The notes below the pieces were generated by a model. The model saw nothing but the letters and a program-made list of their open reading frames with translations. It did not search any database and was not told the DNA's origin. This document shows, piece by piece, positions 27,190-37,898 of a stretch of 64,000 nucleotides of DNA. Both the position numbers and the translations under genes were made by a program. This stretch comes from Chiloscyllium plagiosum (taxonomy: Eukaryota). The number at the start of each line of letters is the position of its first letter. Positions within the stretch are counted from its first letter, which is position 1. The stretch covers positions 4,301,137 to 4,365,136 of the forward strand of contig NC_057751.1 of assembly GCF_004010195.1 (NCBI RefSeq), given 5' to 3'.

Positions 27190-27815
27190 AGTTTGCGTTA
27201 CAATTGGACAGGGTGGTTGAGAAGCTGTTTAGCATGCTTGCCTTCATTGCTGAGACCTATGGTGGAACATCATGTTGAGATTGTACAGGATATTGCTGAG
27301 ACCTCTTCTGGAGTACTGTGTTCAGTAATAGGAAGGGCACTTTTAAGTTCAAGAGGCTTTAGATGAGATTTACCAGGATGTGGCCAGGTGTGGAAGCTTT
27401 GAGTTACAAGGAGAGGCTGGATAGACTGGGACTGTTTTCACTGGACTATAGGAAGTTGAGGGGTGACCTTATAGAGGTTTATAAAATGGTGAGGGGTATA
27501 GATAAAGTGAAGGGCAGGTGTCTTTTCCCTATGGTGGGGGATGTCAAGACTGGGGGTCTTTTGTTTTAGGTGGGAAGAGAAATATTTCAAAGATATGAGG
27601 GGCAACTTTTGTATACAGAGAGTGCTTCATTGGTGGAATGAACTTCTGGCAGATACGAGAACAGTTCCAACATCTAAAAGATATTTGAATAAGTAAACGA
27701 ACAGGAAAGATTTGGAGGGATGTGGGCTCATTGCAGGCAAATGGGACAAGTTTAGTTTTGGAGGATGGTCAGTGTGGACTAGTTGGACTGAGGGGTCTGT
27801 TGCTGTGCTGTATGA
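27190..27815 (+). mobile_element. CR1-type LINE 3' fragment
   Basis: ORF RFTRMWPGVEALSYKERLDRLGLFSL. Confidence 0.82.
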
Positions 27816-29041
27816 CTTGAAGGGAAAATGTTTGCAAGGCTGTATGGATCAATTCACTAAAATGCCAGCACAGGGTTGATGGGCCAAATAGCCGCCCCTT
27901 TTGTTGTATTATGCTGTACAATATGCAAAGAAACTTTGCAGCTTGCTGATTCGTTTCCCTTGTCCTGCAGGCATTACCTGTTGATGTCCTTGCCCTCGTC
28001 AAGAGTTCAAGAAACCTGGGCTTGATGTACTGGAGCACCAAGCTCTGGTTCTTCAATGGTCGATCCCACTTTGTCAATGACACTGTCCTTTTTTTCAATG
28101 GTATTCCCTGAATGTAGCAATGTCTCTTCTGTCACCTGCCCATGAGAAGTTCGAGAAAATTGCATTCTCTCTCATGTTTTGTTCTGAAATGGTGGAACAG
28201 TGATCTGTGTTCACAAGAGCATGAAGTGTGTCCTCTGGAGGTGTTGCTGGTCCCGCGATGTTGTTGCTTGTTTTCTTTCTGGCAGTGGCTGCACTTTGTC
28301 CGAAAGACCATTCTCTCTCCAAGGATAGGAGCTCTCCATGGAGTCCAACACAAGGGGTGCCCACTATGAGATCATGAGCAGTAGGAGCCCAATCTCGCCC
28401 TTCAGCACCTCGAGTGTGCTGCACCGTTCAGTAAAATTCTGGCTGTTCCTCACCCTCAGTTCTCCCTCAGTGCAATGGAATTGTTCAGCTTGCTGGGACA
28501 GGGCCATCGCAGGCTTGGCTTTAGCATTGACACTGGTCTCAAGAACCTTTGAGCAGTTAGCAGTGAAGCAGGAGTGTCTCTCTGGCACTTGGGTTGTGAG
28601 TATTAATTAGTATTTGGGCCAATTAAGCTGTTGATTTTCACTGGGTGTGTGATGTCTCTTCCTCTGATTGACCTGAATTCTCTTCTCTTAAAGACACTAA
28701 CTGTTATGGGACAGCCATTGGCAGCAGGAGTCCTGGTGGATCCTTCACTTTGTGGAACAGAGGTGCTGTGTCGGATTGTCTCAGCATGCCAGGCCGATGC
28801 CCTGGTTGAGATCAGGTAATCTGGTTCCTTCTGACTCTGTCTGGCTTTGTGGAGGCTCACTGGGGGATGAGGGTGGTTCTGGATGTGACAGGCTCATGTG
28901 TTTTGTACAGGCCTTTTCTGTGTTTCCATTCCATTTAGTTCGCTAAAGCTCGCAGCATGACTGTTCATATGTTTTCGGGCGGTGAGCTGCTGCTTCTCAA
29001 GGGTGACTTTATTGAAGAATGCCCTTTTTCCTCCCGGAGAC

Positions 29042-29191
29042 ATGGACTCGCTTGAAGATCAGCTGGAGCTGCTTCTGAAGGGAGAGGGCATTGGAGTGCA
29101 GGGCTACATCTCTCCCCTGGAAGAAGTGGGGCTGCTAACTGTGCAGAAGACAGTCTGCTACATCGTCGCTGCAGTCATACTGAATGAGCAG
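29042..29191 (+). pseudogene. NUDT18: NUDT18 coding exon 1, copy B
   Basis: Appears identical to copy A, with the same |gtaaga donor. Confidence 0.8.
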
Positions 29192-30165
29192 GTAAGAGGA
29201 GAGTTCCTCACTGACCTGCAGCCCTGTTAGCATTGGGCCTGTCAGGAACACAGTCCCGATCTGTGTGTGCCATAGTATCCCACTGCTGGCACTGTGGCTG
29301 CTCTCCCTGAAACTTCGACACAGTGTGCCTGGACTTGTGTGCACAGGGCACAATGTCAGTATTTGTCAGCAACACAAGATGTATTGAGGACAGGAGGACA
29401 GTGATACATTTTGAGAGGTTGGAGAAGTGGGCAGACTGGTGGCAGATACAGGTGAATGCAGAGAAGTGTGAGGTGGTCCTGCTGCCTTTCACTCTTCCAA
29501 ATGCAAAGCTCCACTCGTAAATGGGCGATACTGGAGCAGAGTGGATAGAAAGTTGACAGGGCACATTGAGAAGGCAGTGACTGAGGCATACAGGACCTTT
29601 GTCTGGATTAGAGTGGTACTGGAAAAGCACAGCAGGTCAGGCAGCATCCAAGGAGCAGGAAAATCGATGTTTCGGGCAAAACGCCTCCATTTTCATGCTC
29701 GTTGAATGCTGCCTGTCCTGATGTGCTTTTCCAGTACCACTCTAATCCAGACAAAGGTCCTGTATGCCTCAGTCACTGCCTTCTCAATGTGCCCTGTCAA
29801 CTTTCTATCCACTCTGCTCCAGTATCGCCCATTTACGAGTGGAGCTTTGCATTTGGAAGAGTGAAAGGCAGCAGGACCACCTCACACTTCTCTGCATTCA
29901 CCTGTATCTGCCACCAGTCTGTCCACTTCTCCAACCTCTCAAAATGTATCACTGTCCTCCTGTCCTCAATACATCTTGTGTTGCTGACAAATACTGACAT
30001 TGTGCCCTGTGCACACAAGTCCAGGCACACTGTGTCGAAGTTTCAGGGAGAGCAGCCACAGTGCCAGCAGTGGGATACTATGGCACACACAGATCGGGAC
30101 TGTGTTCCTGACAGGCCCAATGCTAACAGGGCTGCAGGTCAGTGAGGAACTCTCCTCTTACCTGC
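29188..30165. repeat. Inverted repeat with arms of about 470 bp, centred on a Penelope-derived palindrome (about 29596-29757) and running into an N gap
   Basis: Position 29188 pairs with 30165 and 29602 with 29751; the mirrored ORFs in the track are near-identical. Confidence 0.9.
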
Positions 30166-30689
30166 NNNNNNNNNNNNNNNNNNNNNNNNNNNNNNNNNNN
30201 NNNNNNNNNNNNNNNNNNNNNNNNNNNNNNNNNNNNNNNNNNNNNNNNNNNNNNNNNNNNNNNNNNNNNNNNNNNNNNNNNNNNNNNNNNNNNNNNNNNN
30301 NNNNNNNNNNNNNNNNNNNNNNNNNNNNNNNNNNNNNNNNNNNNNNNNNNNNNNNNNNNNNNNNNNNNNNNNNNNNNNNNNNNNNNNNNNNNNNNNNNNN
30401 NNNNNNNNNNNNNNNNNNNNNNNNNNNNNNNNNNNNNNNNNNNNNNNNNNNNNNNNNNNNNNNNNNNNNNNNNNNNNNNNNNNNNNNNNNNNNNNNNNNN
30501 NNNNNNNNNNNNNNNNNNNNNNNNNNNNNNNNNNNNNNNNNNNNNNNNNNNNNNNNNNNNNNNNNNNNNNNNNNNNNNNNNNNNNNNNNNNNNNNNNNNN
30601 NNNNNNNNNNNNNNNNNNNNNNNNNNNNNNNNNNNNNNNNNNNNNNNNNNNNNNNNNNNNNNNNNNNNNNNNNNNNNNNNNNNNNNNNN
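30166..30689. other. Assembly gap (other gaps at 17897-17932, 38247-38745 and 47691-47750)
   Basis: Runs of N. Confidence 1.
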
Positions 30690-30946
30690 AAAAGAGACGT
30701 AAGGGGCAACTTTTTCATGCAGAGGGTCGTACGTGTATGGAATGAGCTTCCAGAGGATGTGGTGGAGGCTGGTACAATTGCAACATTTAAGAGGCATTTG
30801 GATGGGTATATGAATAGGAAGGGTTTGGAGGGATATGGGCCGGGTGCTGGCAGGTGGGACTAGATTGGGTTGGGATATCTGGTCGGCATGGATGGGTTGG
30901 ACCGAAGGGTCTGTTTCCATGCTGGACATCTCTATGACTCTATGAC
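30690..30946 (+). mobile_element. Young CR1-type LINE 3' end with (ctctatga)n tail
   Basis: KRDVRGNFFMQRVVRVWNELP...GRWD*, near-identical to 49237-49500. Confidence 0.88.
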
Positions 30947-30964
30947 TGACCTTTCTTGTCTGAG

Positions 30965-31178
30965 AAAGAGATGGTGATTATGCAAGAGGTGAAGCCGGAA
31001 TGCTACAGCAAGTGGTATCTACCAGCAGGAAGGATGGAACAAAATGAACCCATTGTCCAGGCCATCGAGAGAGAGGTCCCGGAGGAAACCGGCCTTGTTT
31101 GGGACCTGGAAACCCTGCTGAGTGTGGAGGAGAGGGCTCCCCACTGGGCCCGCGTTGTCTTCATGGTCAGAGTCACAG
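30965..31178 (+). pseudogene. NUDT18: NUDT18 exon 2 (Nudix box)
   Basis: 214 nt, phase 0 to phase 1, |gtttgc donor; the acceptor is an unusual tgag|. Confidence 0.85.
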
Positions 31179-31184
31179 GTTTGC

Positions 31185-32025
31185 ATCTCTCCGTCAGTGT
31201 CGAGGGATTGGGAAAGCTGGTGCTGGGTGATACTGAGTGCAAGTCACTGTCAGGTGATCAATGTGACAAGGTGGCAGACTGGGTGGATGAGGTTCAGTGA
31301 GTGTGAGCTGCTGCATTTTGATCAGAAAGATAATGAAATAGGGGCGTACAATTCAAAAGTTGCTCCAGGAGCAGGGGCACCTGGATGTGTATGTGCACAG
31401 ATCACTGAAGGTGGTAGGAGAGGTGAAGACAGCAGTTAATAAACACACAGTGTCCTCAGCTTTATTAATAGGGGCATAGAGTACAAGGTGATGTTGAACT
31501 TGTACAAGACCCTTATTCAACACCAGCTGAGGTCGTCTGTCCAGTTGTGTTCAGAAAGATGTGAACACGTTGGAGCGAGAGGACAGAAGAGATTAACAAG
31601 GCCAGTTGCAGGGATGAGAAACTTCAGTTGTGAGGATGGGTTGATGAAGTTGGGTCAGTTCGCCCTGGAGGGAAGATGGCTGAGAGGGAGATCTGAGTGA
31701 GGTTTCCAACATCATGGGTGGGCTGGAGATAGAGAGAGAGGGAGGGGTTGTTCCTGTTTGTAAAAGAAGCAGGAACGAGCGGGGAAAAGGTTTAAAGAGA
31801 GGTGCAAAGGGTGATGGGAGGGAATTGTTTTCACCCAGAGAGTGGTTAGGGTGTAGAATATACTGCCTGGAAATGTGCAGGAGGCAGGGTCAATTGGGGC
31901 ATTGCATGGTTATTGTGATAGAAATGCTGAGCAGGGATATGGAGAAAAGGTACAAGATTGACATGAGATAGTATAGACACAATGGGCCTAATGGCCTTCT
32001 CCTATGCCATACCCATTCTGTGATT
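31185..32025 (+). mobile_element. Old CR1-type LINE remnant
   Basis: MLNLYKTLIQHQL and other degenerate ORF2 traces. Confidence 0.6.
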
Positions 32026-32689
32026 CTGAGCAGTGGTGAGGTGGGGTTGGTGCTTTGAGCGTCAAACAGTATAGCACAGGAAAAGGCCCTTCGGCCCATG
32101 ATGTGTCAAATTAAACTGATCCCTTCTGCCTGCCCTTGGTCCATATCCCTCCATCTCTTGCCTGTTCATGTGCCAATCCAAAAGTCTCTTAAATGCCCCT
32201 GCCAGTCTGCACTCCCACCCCTGGCAGCAGGTTCCCCACTCCTACCACTCTCTGTGTAACAAACTCACCCCCTCACATCTCCTTTGAACACTTCCCCCCC
32301 TCACCTTATATGCATGCCCCTCTCTGATTAGACATTTCAACTCTCGGAAAATGATTCTGACCGTCAACCCTGTCAATGCATCTCATAAATTTATAGACTT
32401 CTAACAAGTCTCCCCTCGGCCTCTGCCACTCCAGAGAAAACAACCTGAGTTTTTCTAGCCTCTCCTTATATCTCCAACCCTCTAATCCAGGCAGCATCCT
32501 GGTCAACCTCTTCTGCACTCTCTCCAAAGCTTCCACATCTTTCCTGTAATGTGGTGACCAGCCTTATAAAGCAGCAGGATGTACTCATGTGGTCTTATAC
32601 TCAGTTCCCTGACCAATCAAGGCAAGCAAGCCATACTCCATCTTTATCACCCTGTCTACTTTCATGGACACTTACATGGAGTTATGTAC

Positions 32690-33020
32690 TTATTAGAATC
32701 CCTACCGTGTGGCAACAGGCCCTTCAGCCCAACAAGTCCACACCGACCCTCTGAAGAGTAACCCACCCAGACCCATTCCCCTACCATATATTTGCCCTTG
32801 AGCTACACATCCCTGAACACTATGGGCAATGTCGTATCGCCAGTTCACCGAACCTGCACATCTTTGGATTGTGGAAGGAAGCTGGAGCACCCAGAAGAAA
32901 ACCACGCGGACACGGGGAGAATGTGAAAACTCCCACACAGTCAGTCGTCCAAGGCTGGGATCGAACCTGGGTCCCTGACGTTGTGGGGCAGCAGTACTAA
33001 ACACTGAGCTACTATGCCAC
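32690..33020 (-). mobile_element. HE1-like V-SINE inserted in a CR1
   Basis: Homologous to 23063-23392; splits the CR1 ORF2 remnant. Confidence 0.82.
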
Positions 33021-33841
33021 ATAACTTGAACCCCAAGATCCCTCTGTACATTAGTGCTATTCAGAGTCCTGCTCTTAACTGTATATATTGCCTTAACATT
33101 TGATCTCCCAAAGTGCAGCACCTTACACTTGGACAAATTAAACTCCATTTGCCATTTCTCTCCTCATGTCTGCAACTGATCTGTATCCTGCTGCACTATC
33201 CCCAACTTCACCGATCTTTGTGCCGTCTGCAAACTTACGAACCCACCCATCTATCTTTTCATCCAAGTCATTTATGTTTCACAAACAGCAGATGTCCCAG
33301 TATAGATCCCTGCTGAACATCACTAGTCACGGACCTCCAGCCTGAAAAACACCCTTTCACCACTACCTTCTCTGGGCAAACCAGTTCTGAATCCATGTGG
33401 CCACAACACCGTGGATCCCATGCCTCTTAATCTTCACAATGAGCTTATCATGAAGGACCTTGTTGAAAGCCTTAACAAAACCCATGTAAACAACATCACC
33501 TTTGTCACCTCCTCAAAAAATTCAATCAAGTTAGTGAGACCTGACCTGCCCTGTACAAAGCCATGCTGACTGTCCCTAATTAGGCCACCCTTTTCCAAAT
33601 GTACAGACGTCCTATCCCGAAGAATTCTTCCCAATGGTTTCCCAATGACTGATGTGAGAATCACCGGTCTCTCGTTTCCTGGATTACCCCTCGTTCCCTC
33701 CTTGAACAGAGGAACAACATCAGTTACTCACCAGTCCTCCGGGACCTCTCCAGTGACTAGTGAGGACTCAAAAATTTTGATCAAGGCCCCAGTGATCACC
33801 TCTGTTGCCTGTCTCAGTAACCTGGGGGAGATACCATTGGG

Positions 33842-34024
33842 GATGGAAATGTGTTGCTGGAGAAGCGCAGCAGGTCAGGCAGCATCTAGGGAACAGGAGA
33901 ATCGACGTTTCGGGCATTCAACGTCGATTCTCCTGTTCCCTAGATGCTGCCTGACCTGCTGCGCTTCTCCAGAACACATTTCCATCTCTGATCTCCAGCA
34001 TCTGCAGACCTCATTTTCTCTTCA
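33842..34024 (+). mobile_element. Palindromic Penelope-derived element with a centrally deleted hammerhead core
   Basis: Inverted arms and an exact 14-bp TSD GAGATACCATTGGG (33828-33841 / 34025-34038). Confidence 0.85.
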
Positions 34025-34494
34025 GAGATACCATTGGGCCCTGTGGACTTTCCATCTTTATGTTCTTCAAGAGACCCGACATCACTGCTTTCGAGATCTC
34101 AAAATGCTGTAGGATATTAGGATGCTCCACGCTGATCTCACTAACTTCCATATCCTTTGAGGTGACTACTGAAGCAAAGTACTTATTTTGGGTCACACCC
34201 ACATCATCTGCCTCCAAGCACAGGTTCCCTCCTTTATCCTTGAGTGGTCCCACCTTTATCCTTGAGTGGTCCCACCTTTACCCGCACTATCCTCTTGTTT
34301 TTAATGTCTGTACAGAATGCCTTGGCTTTTGTGCTTTCGCTTATTGACTTGAAACGGAGACAGTTTTCATACGTCATCATTCAGCTTACTTTGGAGATAA
34401 GCATCATTCACAATGAGAATTTTTAGCTGTTAAACGGGGTGGGGTGCAATTGTCATGTCTGAGTGTGAAATTACTGACGCGATTCTGTTTGCAG

Positions 34495-35069
34495 GAGGAA
34501 CTCTGAAGAGCATGTCAGAGAGTGATGTCAAATCCTTGCAGGTGAAGTGGTGGGATAGAGTGTCGCCCACTCCCCTCTGAGCCAGGGACATCTTAAATCT
34601 CATCTCCATTGCTGTGAACTACAAGGAGAAGTGACTGTGCTCATTGAGATGTCCTGCTCCCTTGTCTGTCACAGGGTCTTGGTGGCCTTTCTCAACAACA
34701 GCAATGACCTCTGGAAGCTGGCTAACAACCAGGAGTGGCCTTACTTCACCGTGACGGCTTGCGGCTTGTCCTCTGCCGAGCTCTCGTGCGGCGTCGATGT
34801 GGAGCAGGGAATGCCTGAGGGAATCGCAGCTCAGGCTGCAAATACACAGCATTCTGAGTTTGCAGCACACTCGTGCGGTCTCTGGGAAGACCGACAGGGT
34901 CTGCTTCAATGTCCTGGTCACCATCGCCCCACTGGAAGGCACGTACAGCCAGTTCCCTCTCGATATCAGCAGTGTGACATATGCCTGGCACCGAGTCCAC
35001 AATGACAATTTCAAACTTCAGTTGCTGGAGAGGTTGTCCTTCTGTTTTGTTGTGCCTTTCTTGAATTAA
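34495..35069 (+). pseudogene. NUDT18: NUDT18 exon 3 with a premature stop and two frameshifts
   Basis: ttgcag| acceptor. Homology runs through three reading segments and ends ...LLERLSFCFVVPFLN*. Confidence 0.85.
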
Positions 35070-36712
35070 AATCTGGTGGGAAATGATGGAGGAGCGACCA
35101 CTTTCATTGTGTCGATAGACTTCCATCAAGCAACTGGATGCTCTGAACAGGAATATTGATGCTGGGGTGGTGTCATTCCCTTGACCGAAAACACTGAGAC
35201 GAGAGCACAAAATGCAGCCCAAGTGTTGGTTGCAGGGATGTCAGCATCATCTTTCGATTGGCTGCAACGCAAGGCCACACACTCTTTAACCAAATCGATT
35301 TAAATGGATGCATTGGCTGGCTCATAACTCCATCTGAGGGCAGGCAAAAGCTTGCCAGAGCAAATGAGTGAATGTGTGTGTGTGAGGGGAGTGAGTGAAC
35401 AGGTCCTGGCTGAACAGATGCAACGCCAACGTGGAGTTTGAATGTACTGGTGCAGTGTGTGGTTTGTTGTGGACAGACTTGAGAAATTTGTGTCAGGTCT
35501 CTCCCCCTCTTCACTACCTGACCTGAAGCAGATTGTTCTTTAATTCCCTCCTTATTTTTTAGTCAAAGATAAAAACACCAGATAAATTTGTCCCCTCCCC
35601 TGTATTAATGGACCCCTGCCTTCACAAGGACTACAGTACCAGTGCAGTGAAGTTCATCAGTCAGTTCAGACTTAAAGATTCAACTGAGGGACACCAGATG
35701 ACTATGGCCTGGGTGTAAAAGGCCCATGATGTGTTAAATCAGCCATGTCCACATTGAATAGGGGGGGTTAGGCTCGACAGGCTGAACGGCCTACTCCTGT
35801 CCCTCTGTTTAACCATGTCCTTGTTCTCTGTGGAGATGGCAGCCTGGAATTGCAAAGCTAACCAGTAGTTGGGAGTTGGAGGCAGTTTCTTGTCTTTAGA
35901 CATCCTTGTGAAAGGTTTTTCAGGAAGTTAGACTGAATTGTGACTTGTGCTTCCCTGTGTTGACGAAGGGAGAGCTGTTTCTGTTTGAAACTTGCTGGGA
36001 GAACAAATATCGGGTTGACAGCTGTTTTTTCTAATTTATGTACCAGAGGATTTTCTGTTGTTGCCTGGATGATGAGTTTTGTCAGTGAATGTGGTGTAGA
36101 GCAGCATTGATCCCTTTTACTTCATCCCCCCTGCTGTTTCAGAATTACACAGAGGCAGCCTCGCTTGGATAAGTCGATTTGGACGCAAGTGGGAACACAG
36201 TACACTGGAGGATAAAATAACTGTAAGTGTGAGTGAATGTTCACATATTAGCTCTTTGGTATTAAAATGGGATCTTGTTTGCAAGTTGAACGTTCAGAAA
36301 TTGAGTACTGCCTGTAGTTACCATTGAGTCATTTTGGTCCATTGCAGAGGTAAACTCAAAAGCGATTTACACATGGTCTTCTAAGGTTGGTCGAGCCAGC
36401 AATTTGGTTGCATTGGGTTTTCTGTTCTTGGATATAATCACTTCTATCAGAGCTTAGAGTACAATAATTAGTATTCCAGTCTCATCAGGAGATATAGGAG
36501 CATTGACAGTGTCAGATAATCATCCAGTTACAAATAGACACCACACACAGATCGTGTGAAATTGATGAATACTGGTTTATATCTCACAACATGGAGGAAG
36601 AGAAATTGACAGGGACTGGTACCGAACGGACACTCTGCACAGTAAGTCAAGGGTTCTCCTCCCTGAGCTGCAGGTACAGATAGTTGTGTAGTGTTAATTA
36701 CAAGCCAATATA

Positions 36713-37898
36713 AATTGCATTACATTCCATGGAAAACAATCAGTTATCTGGTAGTATCAATCAGGTAATAATTGTAACTGGAGGTTCTGTTCCTCTGCCA
36801 GAGCAGGGGCCCCTAGCCCCACTCCCTCCCATTTATCTCTCCAACCCGAGGCTCCCAGCCTCATTCCTGATGAAGGGCTTTTGCCCGCAATGTTGACTTT
36901 CCTGCTCCTCGGGTCCTGCCTGACTTGCTGTGCTTTTCCAGCACCACACACTTGACGCTAATCTCCAGTATTCTGGTTTCAATGGGTCTGCAGGGTAGTG
37001 TGGATTCTTGTCAGATATCTAGGTGCTACTCAGTCGAGGTAGGCTTTGTGGGGTTTCAGTACCTGAGGAGGCTGGGGATGCCCTCAGGGCTGCTGGAGTG
37101 GTGATGCTGTTGAGGAAGGAAGTCTGTTATCAGATCATCTGAGGAGTGTATTCCTTCAGTCTGGAAGCCGTTTAGGTAATGTCTTGTTTTGCTTTTTAGT
37201 TCCTGAGCTGGTTGTCGTGAAGTTGAGGGATTATAGAACAAAGAAAGAAAATTTACAACCCAGGAACAGGCCCTTCGGCCCTCCAAGCCTGAGCCAATCC
37301 AAATGTACTCTCTAAACCTGTCGATCAATTCCTAAGCATCTGTACCCCTCTGCTCCCCACTCATTCAAGCATTTGTCCAGAATTACATTACATTCCATGG
37401 AAAACAATCAGTTATCTGGTAGTATCAATCAGGTAATAATTCTAACAGGAGGTTCTGTTCCTCTGCTAGAGCAGGGGCCCCTAGCCCCACTCCCTCCCAT
37501 TTATCTCTCCAACCCGAGGCTCCCAGCCTCATTCCTGATGAAGGGCTTTTGCCCGCAATGTTACTCTCCTGCTCCTCGGATGCTGCCTGACTTGCTGTGC
37601 TTTTCCAGCACCACACACTTGACGCTAATCTCCAGTATTCTGGTTTCAATGGGTCTGCAGGGTAGTGTGGATTCTTGTCAGATAGCTAGGTACTCAGTCG
37701 AGGTAGGCTTTGTGGGGTTTCAGTACCTGAGGAGGCTGGGGATGCCCTCAGGGCTGCTGGAGTGGTGATGCTGTTGAGGAAGGAAGTCTGTTATCAGATC
37801 ATCGAAGGAGTGTACTCCTTTCGTCTGGAAGCTGTTTAGGTAATGTCTTGTTTTGCTGTTTAGTTCCTGAGCTGATTGTGGTCAAGTTGAGGAATTAT
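36713..37898. repeat. Direct duplication of about 520 bp (36713-37234 / 37381-37898) flanking a short minus-strand CR1 3' stub; each copy contains a PLE pLTR
   Basis: Direct comparison of the two copies, which differ by scattered substitutions. Confidence 0.88.

Larger units (their letters stand above)
32062..34330 (-). mobile_element. Degenerate CR1-type LINE with a nested SINE and a nested palindromic element
   Basis: ORFs [51 protein letters not shown] and GPLKDKGGNLC. Confidence 0.85.
25751..35069 (+). pseudogene. NUDT18: NUDT18 (MTH3, 8-oxo-dGDP phosphatase) homologue, apparently disabled. Exon 1 at 25751-25900 (duplicate 29042-29191), exon 2 at 30965-31178, exon 3 at 34495-35069
   Basis: Exon 1 ...KTVCYIVAAVILNEQ; exon 2 WYLPAGRMEQNEPIVQAIEREVPEETGL (Nudix box); exon 3 GGTLKS...SLQ...PTPL*ARDIL. 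In-frame TGA at 34578-34580 and frameshifts near 34631 and about 34805. Confidence 0.85.

Noticed and set aside
30000..30929. Long ORFs across the gaps (also 38155-38889)
   Set aside because: Artefacts of translating N runs.
34578..34580. In-frame TGA as selenocysteine or read-through
   Set aside because: It replaces a probable Arg (CGA) rather than Cys, and two downstream frameshifts would break the protein anyway.
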